From an uncultured Acidobacteriota bacterium (GTDB lineage Bacteria; Acidobacteriota; Thermoanaerobaculia; Multivoradales; DATKCC01), in NCBI GenBank assembly GCA_963741925.1, contig CAVUJU010000005.1, positions 2,369,447 through 2,433,446 on the forward strand: 64,000 nt of DNA, given 5' to 3'. How positions within the stretch are numbered: position 1 is the first letter of the stretch; each line of letters opens with the position of its first letter. A program made the position numbers and the translations under genes. A model generated the notes under the pieces. That model searched no databases. It had not been told where the DNA came from and was given only the letters and a program-made list of their open reading frames with translations. Below are positions 17,710 through 27,691 of this stretch, one piece after another.

Positions 17710-18138
17710 ATGAGCGAGACCGAAGACCTGAAGCGCCGCGTCGAGGGGGGCGACGGCATCTCGGTGCTGCGCGCCAGCGAGACCTTCCGCGGCTGGAACG
17801 GCATCCGCTACAAGGCGGGGCTGTCGGCGAAGAACGTCGGCGCCCGCCAGCTCTCGATGAACGTCGCCACCATCCCGCCCGGGGGCGTGGCCCACGCCCA
17901 CGTCCACGTCGGCTTCGAGGTGATGCTCTACATCCTCGAGGGGCGGGTGCGCCACGAGTACGGCGAGGGCCTGGCGCAGAGCGTCGAGAACCGGGCCGGC
18001 GACTTCCTCTTCATCGAGCCCGGCGTCCCCCACGAGGTGTTCAACCTGAGCGACTCCGAGCCGGTGGTGGCGGTGGTCGCCCGCTCCGACGCCAGCGAGT
18101 GGGAGAACATCGAGCCCTACGAGCGCCCGGCCGGATAG
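17710..18138 (+). CDS. cupin-domain protein
   Basis: HAHVHVGFEV...GD..FIEPGVPHEV cupin motifs. Confidence 0.7.
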   Translation: MSETEDLKRRVEGGDGISVLRASETFRGWNGIRYKAGLSAKNVGARQLSMNVATIPPGGVAHAHVHVGFEVMLYILEGRVRHEYGEGLAQSVENRAGDFLFIEPGVPHEVFNLSDSEPVVAVVARSDASEWENIEPYERPAG

Positions 18139-18167
18139 CCCCGGCCTCCCGGCCCGGCGCGGCGCGC

Positions 18168-18602
18168 TCAGCAGGCGATCTGCTGCTCGGGGGCGGCCGC
18201 GAGGTCCGAGCCCGAGACCAGGTCCTCGATCACCGCCACCAGCTCCTCGAGGTCGAAGGGCTTGTCGAGCATCCGGTCGGCCTGCGAGAAGTCGAGGAAG
18301 ATCCGCTCCCGGTCCGACGCCACGCCGAGGTTGCGCGCCGTCAAGAGGACGATCCTGAGGCCGGCCGGGTAGACCCCCTTCGCCTCATCCTCCCGCAGCA
18401 TGCGCGACACCCGGTAGCCGTTCTCCCGGGGCATCATCACGTCGAGCACCACCAGGTCCGGCTGGTTCGCGCGGGCCGCTCCCAGGGCTTCCACTCCGTC
18501 GCGCGCGGTCAGGACCTCGTAGCCCTCCTGCATCAGCCGGTACTTGACCGTCTCCACCACGTCGTCTTCGTCGTCCACCACCAGAATCTTGACTCCGCTC
18601 AT
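18168..18602 (-). CDS. single-domain response regulator (CheY-like)
   Basis: MSGVKILVVDDEDD...DLVVLDVMMPRENG...LTAR; own Shine-Dalgarno AAGGAGAG 5 nt upstream of the ATG. Confidence 0.8.
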   Translation of the reverse strand: MSGVKILVVDDEDDVVETVKYRLMQEGYEVLTARDGVEALGAARANQPDLVVLDVMMPRENGYRVSRMLREDEAKGVYPAGLRIVLLTARNLGVASDRERIFLDFSQADRMLDKPFDLEELVAVIEDLVSGSDLAAAPEQQIAC

Positions 18603-18605
18603 CAG

Positions 18606-18950
18606 TCTCTCCTTCTCGGTTTCGGTTGGCGTCCCGGCCCGCCTCCGGGGCGGCCGCCGCCGGCAGGCAGGTTGCGACGAGCTCCCGGCCCGACTCGCCG
18701 TCGTCCGGGAAGACGGCGGGCCCCAGGACGCGGGGCGGCGGCACCACGACTCCGTCGCTGCGGATCGCGGTCTCGGCCAGGCGCCGTTCGAGCCGGCGCC
18801 GGACGATCTCGGTGCCCTCCCGCGGCGTGGCCAGGAGGACCAGGACCAGGCGGCGGTGGGCCGGCTGGACGGTGAACAGGTCGCAGTCGCGGGGCAGGAC
18901 CTGGCGCAGGTCGTCGCGGACCGCGAGCAGCACCGAGAGGAGGCTCTCGG
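18606..18950 (-). other. ~115-codon segment with strong coding signal in the -1 frame relative to the HK body and the RR (ESLLSVLLAVRDDLRQVLPRDCDLFTVQPAHRRLVLVLLATPREGTEIVRRRLERRLAE...). Either an HK C-terminal extension or a small gene disrupted by indels
   Basis: third-codon-position G/C bias switches frame at the CGCCCGAG C-run; no start or stop at the junction. Confidence 0.4.
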
Positions 18951-20519
18951 GCGGGCGAGGGGCGCGAGCTTCGCCTCGGCGGTGCTCCAGCCGACCACCA
19001 GGAGGCCGAAGAACGGGTACTTCCGGTGCTCCCGGATCTCGCTCTCGAAGGCGACCGCTTCGTGGGCCCGGGCCAGGTCGGCCGGCAGGCGCACGAGGAA
19101 GCGGCTGCCGAGGCCCTCGGCGCTGGTCACGGAGAGGTCGCCGCCGTGGGCCCGCACCCTCTCCCGGGCGATCGAGAGGCCGAGGCCGGTGCCCCGGACC
19201 GTGCGGGTGAGGCAGTCCTCGGCCTGGTAGAAGGGCTCGAAGATCCGCCGGCGGTGCTCGCGGGAGATGCCCGGCCCGGTGTCCGAGACCGCGAGCTCGG
19301 CCCACCCGCCGTGGCGCCGGACGCCGACCTCGACGCGCCCGCCCGCCGGCGTGAGCTTGAGGGCGTTCGATACCAGGTTGGTGACCACCTGGGCGAGCCG
19401 CTGCGGGTCGGCGAGGACGGTGGGCGTCGGCCGGTCGAGCGCCAGGTCGAGCGTCACCGAGGAGGCCTCGGCCTGCGGGACGAAGGTGGCGCGGAGGTCG
19501 TCGAGGAGCCCGGCGAGGGGCACCGGCTCGAAGCGGTACTCGAGCTTCCCCGCCTCGATCTTCGACAGGTCGAGGAGGTCGTCGATGATCACCGCCAAGC
19601 GCTCGACGTTCCTCCGGGCCATGGCGAGGAACCGCTTCTGGGGCTCGGCGAGCGCTCCGGTCTGCTCGCGCCGGACCAGGTCGATCGAGCTCTTGATCGA
19701 GGTCAGCGGGGTGCGCAGCTCGTGCGACACGGTGGAGACGAAGGCGCTCTTGAGCTCGGAGAGCTTGGCCAGCTCCCGGTTCGCGTGCTGGAGCCGGCCC
19801 TCGACCCGGCGCCGCTCCTCGACCTCTTCCTCGAGGCGGCGGTTGGCGAGCTCCAGGCCGACGCGCACCTCCTCCAGGCGGCGCACGGCCTCGGCCTCGG
19901 AGTGGGCCCGGTTCTGCTCCCGGCGCACCCGGTCGACCAGGTAGCCGTAGAACGAGGCGACGGCGAACAGGAAGGGGATCCGGATGAGCGAAGCGGTGGT
20001 GAGGACGCCGCTCGCCCCCGACGTCGACAGGCCGTAGAGGTAGGCCGAGCAGACGACGACGGAGCCCAGGGCGATGAGCGCCAGGCTCTCGCCGATGGCG
20101 GCGAGGAAGAGGACGAAGAAGTAGAGGTAGAAGAACTCGGTGCCGAAGTGGCGGGTCAGGATCAGGGCGGTGGTGATCCACGCCCTGTCGGCCACCAGCA
20201 CTCCGGCGGTGAAGGGGCGGCTCCCGAGCCAGCGTGCGGGAAGCCTGGCGATCGCCACGTTCGAGGCGATCGCCAGGACGATGAGCGCGGTGAGCCCCGT
20301 CGAGAGCCCGGAGAACCCGGTCTCCGAGAGCACCATGTAGGAGGTCGCGATGATCAGGGTGAAGCGCAGCAGGACGAAGGCGTGGCCCCGGCTGCGGAGG
20401 GCCTGGCTGGATCCCCCCCGGAACCCCTCGACCCCCGTCCCGCCCCCGGGGGGCGAAGGGGATGCCCCCTCCCCGTCGCGATCGGGGCGTCGCTGGTTGC
20501 CCTCGGTCTCTTGGTCCAT
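18950..20519 (-). CDS. membrane sensor histidine kinase (multi-TM N-terminus + HisKA + HATPase_c); 3' end unresolved because of a frame break
   Basis: H-box SHELRTPLTSIK; N/G boxes VTNLVSNALKLT, GTGLGLSIARE; GC3 signal leaves this frame near 18950. Confidence 0.75.
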
Positions 20520-20532
20520 CGCCCGTCCAGGC

Positions 20533-20698
20533 TAGTGGTCCGTCAACCTTCAATTGACGGGTCCCGACGGTCCTTCACGTTGCTGGCGGCGTGGCTCCTC
20601 CTCGACGTAGGCCCCGCTACGCCTGCGTCGGAGCGCCTGGCCAGCGACGCGAAATCCTCGCCGGATACCTCTGTCAAGTGAAGATTGACGGACCACTA
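20533..20698. repeat. MITE-like ~165 bp element, copy 1, with terminal inverted repeats CTAGTGGTCCGTCAA...TTGACGGACCACTAG
   Basis: TIRs at both ends; internal core CTCCTCGACGTAGGCCCCGCTACGCCTGCGTCGG shared with the copies at 24184-24345 and 49700-49870. Confidence 0.7.
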
Positions 20699-20780
20699 GG
20701 GCGGGGCCCGGGCCGCCGCCATCGCGGTCGGTCCGGTTCGGGGGTCGGTGGCGCGGGCGACCCCGGCGTAGGACGGCCGC

Positions 20781-22490
20781 CTACTCGTCCCGGGGCAGGG
20801 GCTTCCTGGGCAGCGGCTCGTCGCGCATGGCGGCGTCGTAGAGGAAGGCCGCCATCACCACCGAGGCCTGCACCATGTCGTCGCGGTTCAGGTGGTCGAA
20901 CGTGTCCGCCGCGGTGTGGTGGGTGAGGGCGAAGTAGTCCCGCATGTCCTGGATGAACTGGAAGCCGGGCAGGCCGACCCGGTCGAAGGAGAGGTGGTCG
21001 GTGCCACCGGTGTCCTGGGTCGACACGGTGGTCGCCCCCAGGTCGTGGAAGGGGGCGAGCCAGGCCTGGAAGATGGGTACCACCGCCGCGTTTTCCTGGG
21101 TGTAGATGCCGCGGATCCGGCCGCCGCCGTTGTCCAGGTTGAAGTAGGCGGCGAGGTCGGCGTGCTCGGGCTTGACGGTGAGCGGCCCGCGCTCCGTGCG
21201 CAGGTAGGAGGGGAGCGCCTTCTGCTCCGGGTCCTCGGGCTCCGGCCGCGAGGCGAAGTGATGGGCCACGTAGGCCTGGGAGCCGAGGAGGCCCTGCTCC
21301 TCGCCGCTCCACAGACCCACCCGGATGGTCCGGCGCGGCTGGACGCCCAGGGCCTCGAGGATGCGCACCGCCTCCATGACCATCGCGCAGCCGGCGGCGT
21401 TGTCGGTCGCCCCGGTCCCGGTATGCCAGGAATCGAGGTGAGCGCCCGCCATGACCACCTGGTCGGCGAGGTCGGTCCCGGGGATCTCGGCGATCGTGTC
21501 GTAGGCCATGGGGTCGTCGTCGTAGAAGCGAGCGGCGACGTCCACCTCGATCAGGAGCGGCGCCACCTCGACCGCCGTCACCTCCTCGACCGCCGGCTCG
21601 CCGGCCGGCCGGGAGGCGCCCGCCATGCCGTCCGCCGCCTCGCCGGCCGCCGCCGAGGTCGTCTCCGCCTCGTCGTGGGCGGCCTCCAGGATCCGGACCA
21701 GCCGGTTGTACTGCTCGGCCTGCACCACCAGCGCCGGCACGCCGGGGCTCTCCCCGGCCTCGCGCGAGCCGCCGCCCGAGACCGACAGGATGCCGGCGTC
21801 CCGGAAGCTCGGCTCGAGGGTGGCGAGGGCCCCCTCCGACGCGAAGAGCTCGTTCATCTTGCGGCGCAGCTCCCAGCGCTTGCGGGCGCGGTCCCGCCAG
21901 TCCCCGCGGCGCGCGCCGGGGATCTCCAGGGTCTCGAGGGCGGCCAGGTGCTCGGCGTCCTCGCGCTGGACCACCGGGTCGTCCCAGCTCCGCAGCTCCC
22001 GGGCGTCGTCGAGGAGCAGGATCTTGCCGGCGAGCTTGCCCCGGTACTGCGCCAGGTCGTCCTCGCTCTCGATCGTCACCCGCATCGCCGGGCCGCGCAC
22101 GGGGCCGTCGGTGCCCGGGGTCCAGGCCTTGGGCAGGGCGATCAGCGGCATCTGGAACGGCTCGAGCTCGGTCACCGAGGCGCGGCTGAACGACCAGCCG
22201 CGGCCGAACGGCCCCCAGGGCTCCAGGTGGGCGTTGGCGAGCCCCCAGCCGGCGAGCTGGTCCCGGGTCCACTCGTTGGCCCGCTTCATGGCGGGCGAGC
22301 CGGTCAGGCGGGCGCCGATCCGAGTGGTGAGGTCGCGGGCGATCTCCATGACGTGGGAGTGGTGCAACCCTTCGTCCCGGATCCGGTTCATGGCGTCCAG
22401 GTTCACCGGCTCCTCGGCGCGGAGTGGGGCGGCGAGGACGCAGGGGACGGTGAGCAGGACGAGGACGAGCAGGAGACGGGCCTGGCGCAT
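20781..22490 (-). CDS. secreted M28-family aminopeptidase with PA domain
   Basis: signal peptide; HLDSW...D..SG...EE...GS (M28 metal ligands); 569 aa. Confidence 0.85.
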   Translation of the reverse strand: MRQARLLLVLVLLTVPCVLAAPLRAEEPVNLDAMNRIRDEGLHHSHVMEIARDLTTRIGARLTGSPAMKRANEWTRDQLAGWGLANAHLEPWGPFGRGWSFSRASVTELEPFQMPLIALPKAWTPGTDGPVRGPAMRVTIESEDDLAQYRGKLAGKILLLDDARELRSWDDPVVQREDAEHLAALETLEIPGARRGDWRDRARKRWELRRKMNELFASEGALATLEPSFRDAGILSVSGGGSREAGESPGVPALVVQAEQYNRLVRILEAAHDEAETTSAAAGEAADGMAGASRPAGEPAVEEVTAVEVAPLLIEVDVAARFYDDDPMAYDTIAEIPGTDLADQVVMAGAHLDSWHTGTGATDNAAGCAMVMEAVRILEALGVQPRRTIRVGLWSGEEQGLLGSQAYVAHHFASRPEPEDPEQKALPSYLRTERGPLTVKPEHADLAAYFNLDNGGGRIRGIYTQENAAVVPIFQAWLAPFHDLGATTVSTQDTGGTDHLSFDRVGLPGFQFIQDMRDYFALTHHTAADTFDHLNRDDMVQASVVMAAFLYDAAMRDEPLPRKPLPRDE

Positions 22491-22694
22491 GGTGGCAGCT
22501 CCGGTGCAGAGGGTGACGGGGATCGGGGAAACCGCCGGAGACTGTATCGCACCCGCGTCCCCCCGGCGGCGAACGCTCGCGGCCGGGCGCGTCCGATCGC
22601 CGGCGGACGGTACTCCGCCGGGCCGCTCTTGTGGTAGGAAGGGCCTCCCGATCCCGGCGCGTCTCGACGCCCGGCCCGGGGAGGAGGCCGCGCC

Positions 22695-23174
22695 ATGAGA
22701 CCGATCACCGCCAGCGACCTGATGAACCCGGAGGTTCTCACCGTCCCCGAGGACATGACCGTCCGCGAGCTCGCCGCCTTCCTGGTGGACAACGAGATCA
22801 CGGGAGCGCCGGTCACCGACCGCGACGGCCGGCTGGTCGGCGTCGTGTCAGTGATGGACATCGCCGAGACCGCCGCCGGCGACGAGGAGTCGCCCCTGGC
22901 CGACGGCCCGGACTACTTCGGCCGCGGCTGGGAGCAGGGCCTGAGCGACGACGAGCGCGAGGAGCTCGACCTCTTCGAGGACGAAGAGGAGCTGCTGGTG
23001 GGGGAGATCATGAACCCGGAGGTCCACTCCGTGCCCGAGGACACCTCGGTCTCGGAGATCGCCATGACCATGCTCTCGAACCACATCCACCGCCTCCTGG
23101 TGATCGACGAGGGAAAGGCGGTGGGGATCATCACCACCTCGGACCTCCTCGGGCTGCTGGTCGACGAGGCGTGA
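22695..23174 (+). CDS. CBS-pair domain protein
   Basis: two CBS motifs. Confidence 0.8.
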   Translation: MRPITASDLMNPEVLTVPEDMTVRELAAFLVDNEITGAPVTDRDGRLVGVVSVMDIAETAAGDEESPLADGPDYFGRGWEQGLSDDEREELDLFEDEEELLVGEIMNPEVHSVPEDTSVSEIAMTMLSNHIHRLLVIDEGKAVGIITTSDLLGLLVDEA

Positions 23175-23914
23175 GCCGGGCCGCTTCGCCGCCCGCGCCG
23201 CCGCTCGGCATCGTCGGAGGGATGGGGCCCCTGGCGTCGGCCGAGCTCCTGGCTACCATCTACCGCCTCGACGTCCCCGAGCGCGAGCAGGAGGCGCCGG
23301 CGGTGGTCCTGCTCTCGGACCCCTCGGTGCCCGACCGCACCGAGGCGATCCTCCGCGGCGAGACCGGCGAGCTGGTGCGGCGCCTGGCGGCGGCGATCCG
23401 CGACCTCGCGGGGATGGGGGCCGAGCGGGTGGTGATCGCCTGCTTCACGATCCATCGCGTGTTGCCCGAGCTGCCGGAGGAGCTGCGGCGGCGAGTCGTC
23501 TCGCTGGTCGACCTGACGGTGGAGGCGCTCCTCGCCGACCCTCGGCCGCGCCTGCTCCTCGCCACCACCGGCTCGCGCCGGAGCGGCCTGTTCACCGGTC
23601 ACCCGCGTTGGGCCGAGGCGGCGGGGCGCGTCGCCGTGCCGTCCGAGGGCGACCAGGAAGCCCTCCACGAGCGCCTCTACCGCCTCAAGAGGGGAGAACC
23701 GCCGGCGGCCATGGTGGCCTGGCTCGAGGAGCTCGCCGGCCGCTACCCGGCCACCGAGGGCTTCGTCTTCGGCTGCACCGAGCTCCACCTGCTCGAGCGC
23801 CCTCTCGCCGAGCGCTGGGGCGAGGCGGCGGCCCGCCGGCGGGTGGTCGACGCCCTCGCCATCGTCGCCCGGCGAGCGCGGGAGCTGGCGGTCGAGCCCA
23901 TGGCGGCCGGCTGA
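23171..23914 (+). CDS. aspartate/glutamate racemase family protein
   Basis: LGIVGGMGPLASAELL...VVIACFTIH motifs; GTG start overlaps the CBS-gene TGA (GTGA). Confidence 0.75.
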   Translation: MSRAASPPAPPLGIVGGMGPLASAELLATIYRLDVPEREQEAPAVVLLSDPSVPDRTEAILRGETGELVRRLAAAIRDLAGMGAERVVIACFTIHRVLPELPEELRRRVVSLVDLTVEALLADPRPRLLLATTGSRRSGLFTGHPRWAEAAGRVAVPSEGDQEALHERLYRLKRGEPPAAMVAWLEELAGRYPATEGFVFGCTELHLLERPLAERWGEAAARRRVVDALAIVARRARELAVEPMAAG

Positions 23915-23926
23915 TAACCTGGCGCT

Positions 23927-24187
23927 ATGGCCGCTCCGCGCCAGGGACCGCTCTCCGGTGTCGTCGGGCGCTTCGCCTCCCGCCTGCGCTTCCCCCAGCT
24001 CTTCGCGTTCTTCCTGGTCGTCTTCCTGGTCGACCTCGTCGTCCCCGACGCCATCCCCTTCGCCGACGAGATCCTGTTCGGGCTGCTCACCGTCCTCCTC
24101 GGCTCCCTGCGCCGCGGCGAGCCGCAGCCACCGCCAGGATCGCCGGGAGAGCGGGTGGAGAAGAACGTCACCCCGCCGAAGCGCTAG
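23927..24187 (+). CDS. small hydrophobic hypothetical protein
   Basis: 86 aa with two hydrophobic helices; weak support. Confidence 0.35.
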   Translation: MAAPRQGPLSGVVGRFASRLRFPQLFAFFLVVFLVDLVVPDAIPFADEILFGLLTVLLGSLRRGEPQPPPGSPGERVEKNVTPPKR

Positions 24188-24345
24188 TGGTCCGTCGACC
24201 CTCAACGGACACGGTATCTGGCGAGGATTTCGCGTCGCTGGCCAGGCGCTCCGACGCAGGCGTAGCAGGGACTACGTCGAGGAGGAGCCACGCCGCCAGC
24301 GGCGTGAAGGACCGTCAAGACCCGTCAGTTGAGGATTGACGGACC
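24184..24345. repeat. MITE-like element copy 2 (inverted relative to copy 1), TIRs GTGGTCCGTCGAC...TTGACGGACCAC
   Basis: reverse-complement match to the copy 1 core, plus TIRs. Confidence 0.65.
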
Positions 24346-24349
24346 ACCC

Positions 24350-24650
24350 GCAGGGCTCGAGCCCAACCGGTACCTGGGAGGGGGCGTCCCCTTCCCCCCC
24401 CTCGGGGGTGGGAAGGGGATCGAGGGGATGCGGGGGGGATCCGGTGGATCGTCCCCTTCCCCCCCCTCGGGGGTGGGAAGGGGATCGAGGGGATGCGGGG
24501 GGGATCCGGTGGATCGTCCCCTTCCCCCCCCTCGGGGGTGGGAAGGGGATCGAGGGGATGCGGGGGGGATCCGGTGGATCGTCCCCTTCCCCCCCCCGCG
24601 GGGGTGGGAAGGGGATCGAGGGGATGCGGGGGGGGGACCTAAAAGACGCG
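24350..24650. repeat. G-tract/C-tract tandem repeat array A (~4.5 units of 61-65 bp)
   Basis: unit GGTGGATCGTCCCCTTCCCCCCCCTCGGGGGTGGGAAGGGGATCGAGGGGATGCGGGGGGGATCC repeated head-to-tail. Confidence 0.9.
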
Positions 24651-25856
24651 GCAGACCAGGCCCTTGAGGTAGGTTCCTTCGGGGAAGGGCAGGGCGGTCG
24701 GATGATCGGGCGCCTGCTCGAGGCGGTGGGTGAGCCGGGCGTCGCGCCCCGCGTCGAGGGCGGCGTCGGCGACGATCTTCTGGAACAGGTCCGTCTTGAG
24801 GGCCCCGGAGCAGGAGAAGGTGACCAGGTACCCCCCCGGCTCGAGGAGCTGGCAGGCGAGGAGGTTGACGTCCTTGTAGCCACGGGCCGCCGCCTCGACG
24901 CGGCTCGGGGAGTCGGCGAACTTCGGCGGGTCGAGGACCACCAGGTCGAACCGGCGGCCCGCGGCCCGGAAGCCGCGCAGCACGGAGAAGGCGTTGCCCT
25001 CGGCCACCTCGAAGCGGTCCGGGCCGAAGCCGTTGAGCTCGGCGGTTCGCGCGAGGATCGCGCCGAGCGCCGGCGACGACTCGACGTGGGTCACGTGCCC
25101 GGCGCCGGCCGCGAGGGCGGCGTGGCCGAAGCCGCCGGTGTAGGCGAAGGCGTTGAGCACGCGGGCGCCCGCCGCCCGCCCGGCGACCAGCTCGCCCAGG
25201 CGGACGCGGTTCTCGCGCTGGTCGAGGTAGCAGCCGGTCTTGTGCCCGTGCCGGACGTCGACCAGGTGCCGGCAGGGGCCCTCGCGGATCTCCAGGAGCT
25301 CGGGCGGCGGCTCGCCCGCCAGCACGCCGGTGGCCGGCTCGAGTCCCTCCTTGGCCCGGGCCTCGGCGTCCGAGCGCTCGAAGACCCCCGCCGCCGGGAC
25401 GAGCTCGGCGAGCCGGCCGACGATCTCCGCCTTCCAGCGCTCCGCACCGGCGGAGAGGAACTGGCCCACCAGGTGATCGCCGTAGCGGTCCACCACCACC
25501 CCCGGAAGGCCGTCGGACTCGCCGTAGACCAGGCGCCGCCCGGCGGGCTCGTCGCCGGCGGGCACCGGCTCGCGGGTGGCGAGGGCCCGCTCCAGCCGGC
25601 GGCGGAAGAAGCCGGAGCCGACCTCCTCGTCGGGATCGAACGTCCAGATCCGCACCCGGATCTGCGAGGCCGGGGAGAGGGCGCCGCGAGCGAGGAAGGA
25701 GCCGTCGGCCGCGCGCACGTCGACGGTCGCGCCGAGGCCCTCCGCACCGCCCGGCGCGCCCTCGACTCGGGCGATCGCCCCGGAGAAGACCCAGGGGTGG
25801 CGGCGCAGGAGCGACTTCTCCCGGCCGCGGGAGAGGGTGACGGTGGGGTACGGCAC
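24639..25856 (-). CDS. rlmI: 23S rRNA m5C methyltransferase RlmI-like (PUA + SAM-MTase)
   Basis: LLRRHPWVFSGAI N-terminus; VLNAFAYTGGFG, LDPPKF motifs; GTG start. Confidence 0.75.
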   Translation of the reverse strand: MPYPTVTLSRGREKSLLRRHPWVFSGAIARVEGAPGGAEGLGATVDVRAADGSFLARGALSPASQIRVRIWTFDPDEEVGSGFFRRRLERALATREPVPAGDEPAGRRLVYGESDGLPGVVVDRYGDHLVGQFLSAGAERWKAEIVGRLAELVPAAGVFERSDAEARAKEGLEPATGVLAGEPPPELLEIREGPCRHLVDVRHGHKTGCYLDQRENRVRLGELVAGRAAGARVLNAFAYTGGFGHAALAAGAGHVTHVESSPALGAILARTAELNGFGPDRFEVAEGNAFSVLRGFRAAGRRFDLVVLDPPKFADSPSRVEAAARGYKDVNLLACQLLEPGGYLVTFSCSGALKTDLFQKIVADAALDAGRDARLTHRLEQAPDHPTALPFPEGTYLKGLVCRVF

Positions 25857-25939
25857 GGCGGTGGGTCCGATCGGGCTGGGCTCAGAACCTGTGAAGAACT
25901 CTCCGCCCGTAGCGGGGCCGGAGATTCTCTCACAGGCTC

Positions 25940-26482
<543 letters not shown>

Positions 26483-26622
26483 CCCGGTGAGTCTACCGCC
26501 GGCCGCGCCGCGAATCGCGGTCCGGATCTTGCTTATAGCGCGGGGAGAATATCCCTGCGCAAGGCCGGCAGCGGCAAAGGGCGATCCGACGATCGGAACA
26601 GGCGGAGAGGTTCGCGGCACAG

Positions 26623-26991
26623 ATGAGCCAGAGGCGATTTCCGAGGGTGGAGGCGGTGCGGCCCGTGGTGCTCGAGACGTTCGACGGTGCCGAGCTCGCC
26701 CGTCACTTCGTGCGCGCCGAGACGATCGGCCTCGGCGGCTGCATGGTGCGCTGCCCGGCGCCCCTGGCCCGCGGCACCGAGGTCGCGGTGCGGATCTGCC
26801 TCGCCGGCGGAGTGATCCGCGCCGAGTCCCGCGTGGCGTACGTCCGGGCGGGGAACGGCCGGGGCTACGAGATCGGGCTGGAGTTCCTGAGCATCCCGGA
26901 AGCCGACCGGCCGCTCCTCGACGCGGTGGTGGCGCGTGGCGGCGTCGCCCGGGCCGCGGCGGGCGAGGGGGCGGCGGAGCCGGCGGAGTAG
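26623..26991 (+). CDS. PilZ-domain protein (c-di-GMP receptor-like)
   Basis: RRFPRV...DLSLGG-type PilZ motifs (RxxxR ... GLGG). Confidence 0.6.
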   Translation: MSQRRFPRVEAVRPVVLETFDGAELARHFVRAETIGLGGCMVRCPAPLARGTEVAVRICLAGGVIRAESRVAYVRAGNGRGYEIGLEFLSIPEADRPLLDAVVARGGVARAAAGEGAAEPAE

Positions 26992-26995
26992 CGCC

Positions 26996-27580
26996 TCAGG
27001 GGTAGAGGAGGGTCGAGGTCCAGCCGGCGCCCTCGCGGGTGTAGAGGCGTCGCTCGTGCAGGCGGTCGGCCCGGTTCCACCAGAGCTCGATCCGCTCCGG
27101 CGCGAGGCGGAAGCCGCCCCAGAACGGGGGACGGGGCACGGCGCGGGCCGCGAAGCGCGCCTCGTACTTGGCCACCCGCACCACCAGGCGGGCCCGGCTG
27201 TCGAGGGGCGAGCTCTGGCGCGAGGCCCAGGCACCGATCTGGCTGCCCCGGGCGCGGCTCGCGAAGTAGGCGTCCGACTCCTCCTCGGGGACCCGGGCCA
27301 CCGGCCCTTCGACCCGCACCTGGAGGGCGAGGGAGGGCCAGTAGATGCACAGCGCGGCGTGCGGGTTCTCGGCAAGCTGCGCCGCCTTGCGGCTGGTGTA
27401 GTTGGTGAAGAAGACGAAGCCGCGCTCGTCGACCTGCTTGAGGAGCACCATCCGGGCCGAGGGCCGCCCCTCGGCGTCGGCCGTGGCGAGGGCCATGGCG
27501 GTGGCGTCGCCGGTCTCGGTCTGCTTCGCCTTCTCGAAGTGGGCGCGGATCTCCGCGATGGGGTCGGACGGGCGGGCCAT
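26996..27580 (-). CDS. pdxH: pyridoxamine 5'-phosphate oxidase
   Basis: PdxH family conservation; C-terminal RLHER.LYTR...W..LYP. Confidence 0.85.
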   Translation of the reverse strand: MARPSDPIAEIRAHFEKAKQTETGDATAMALATADAEGRPSARMVLLKQVDERGFVFFTNYTSRKAAQLAENPHAALCIYWPSLALQVRVEGPVARVPEEESDAYFASRARGSQIGAWASRQSSPLDSRARLVVRVAKYEARFAARAVPRPPFWGGFRLAPERIELWWNRADRLHERRLYTREGAGWTSTLLYP

Positions 27581-27691
27581 GGGTCGTGGGGAGCGTGGCG
27601 GAGGATCACTCCGGGGTGCGGAGTGTAGCAGCGGCGGGTGTTCCATTTACAGCGCGCGTGCAGGAAGTTCCCGCCCGGCCCGGACGGTAGG

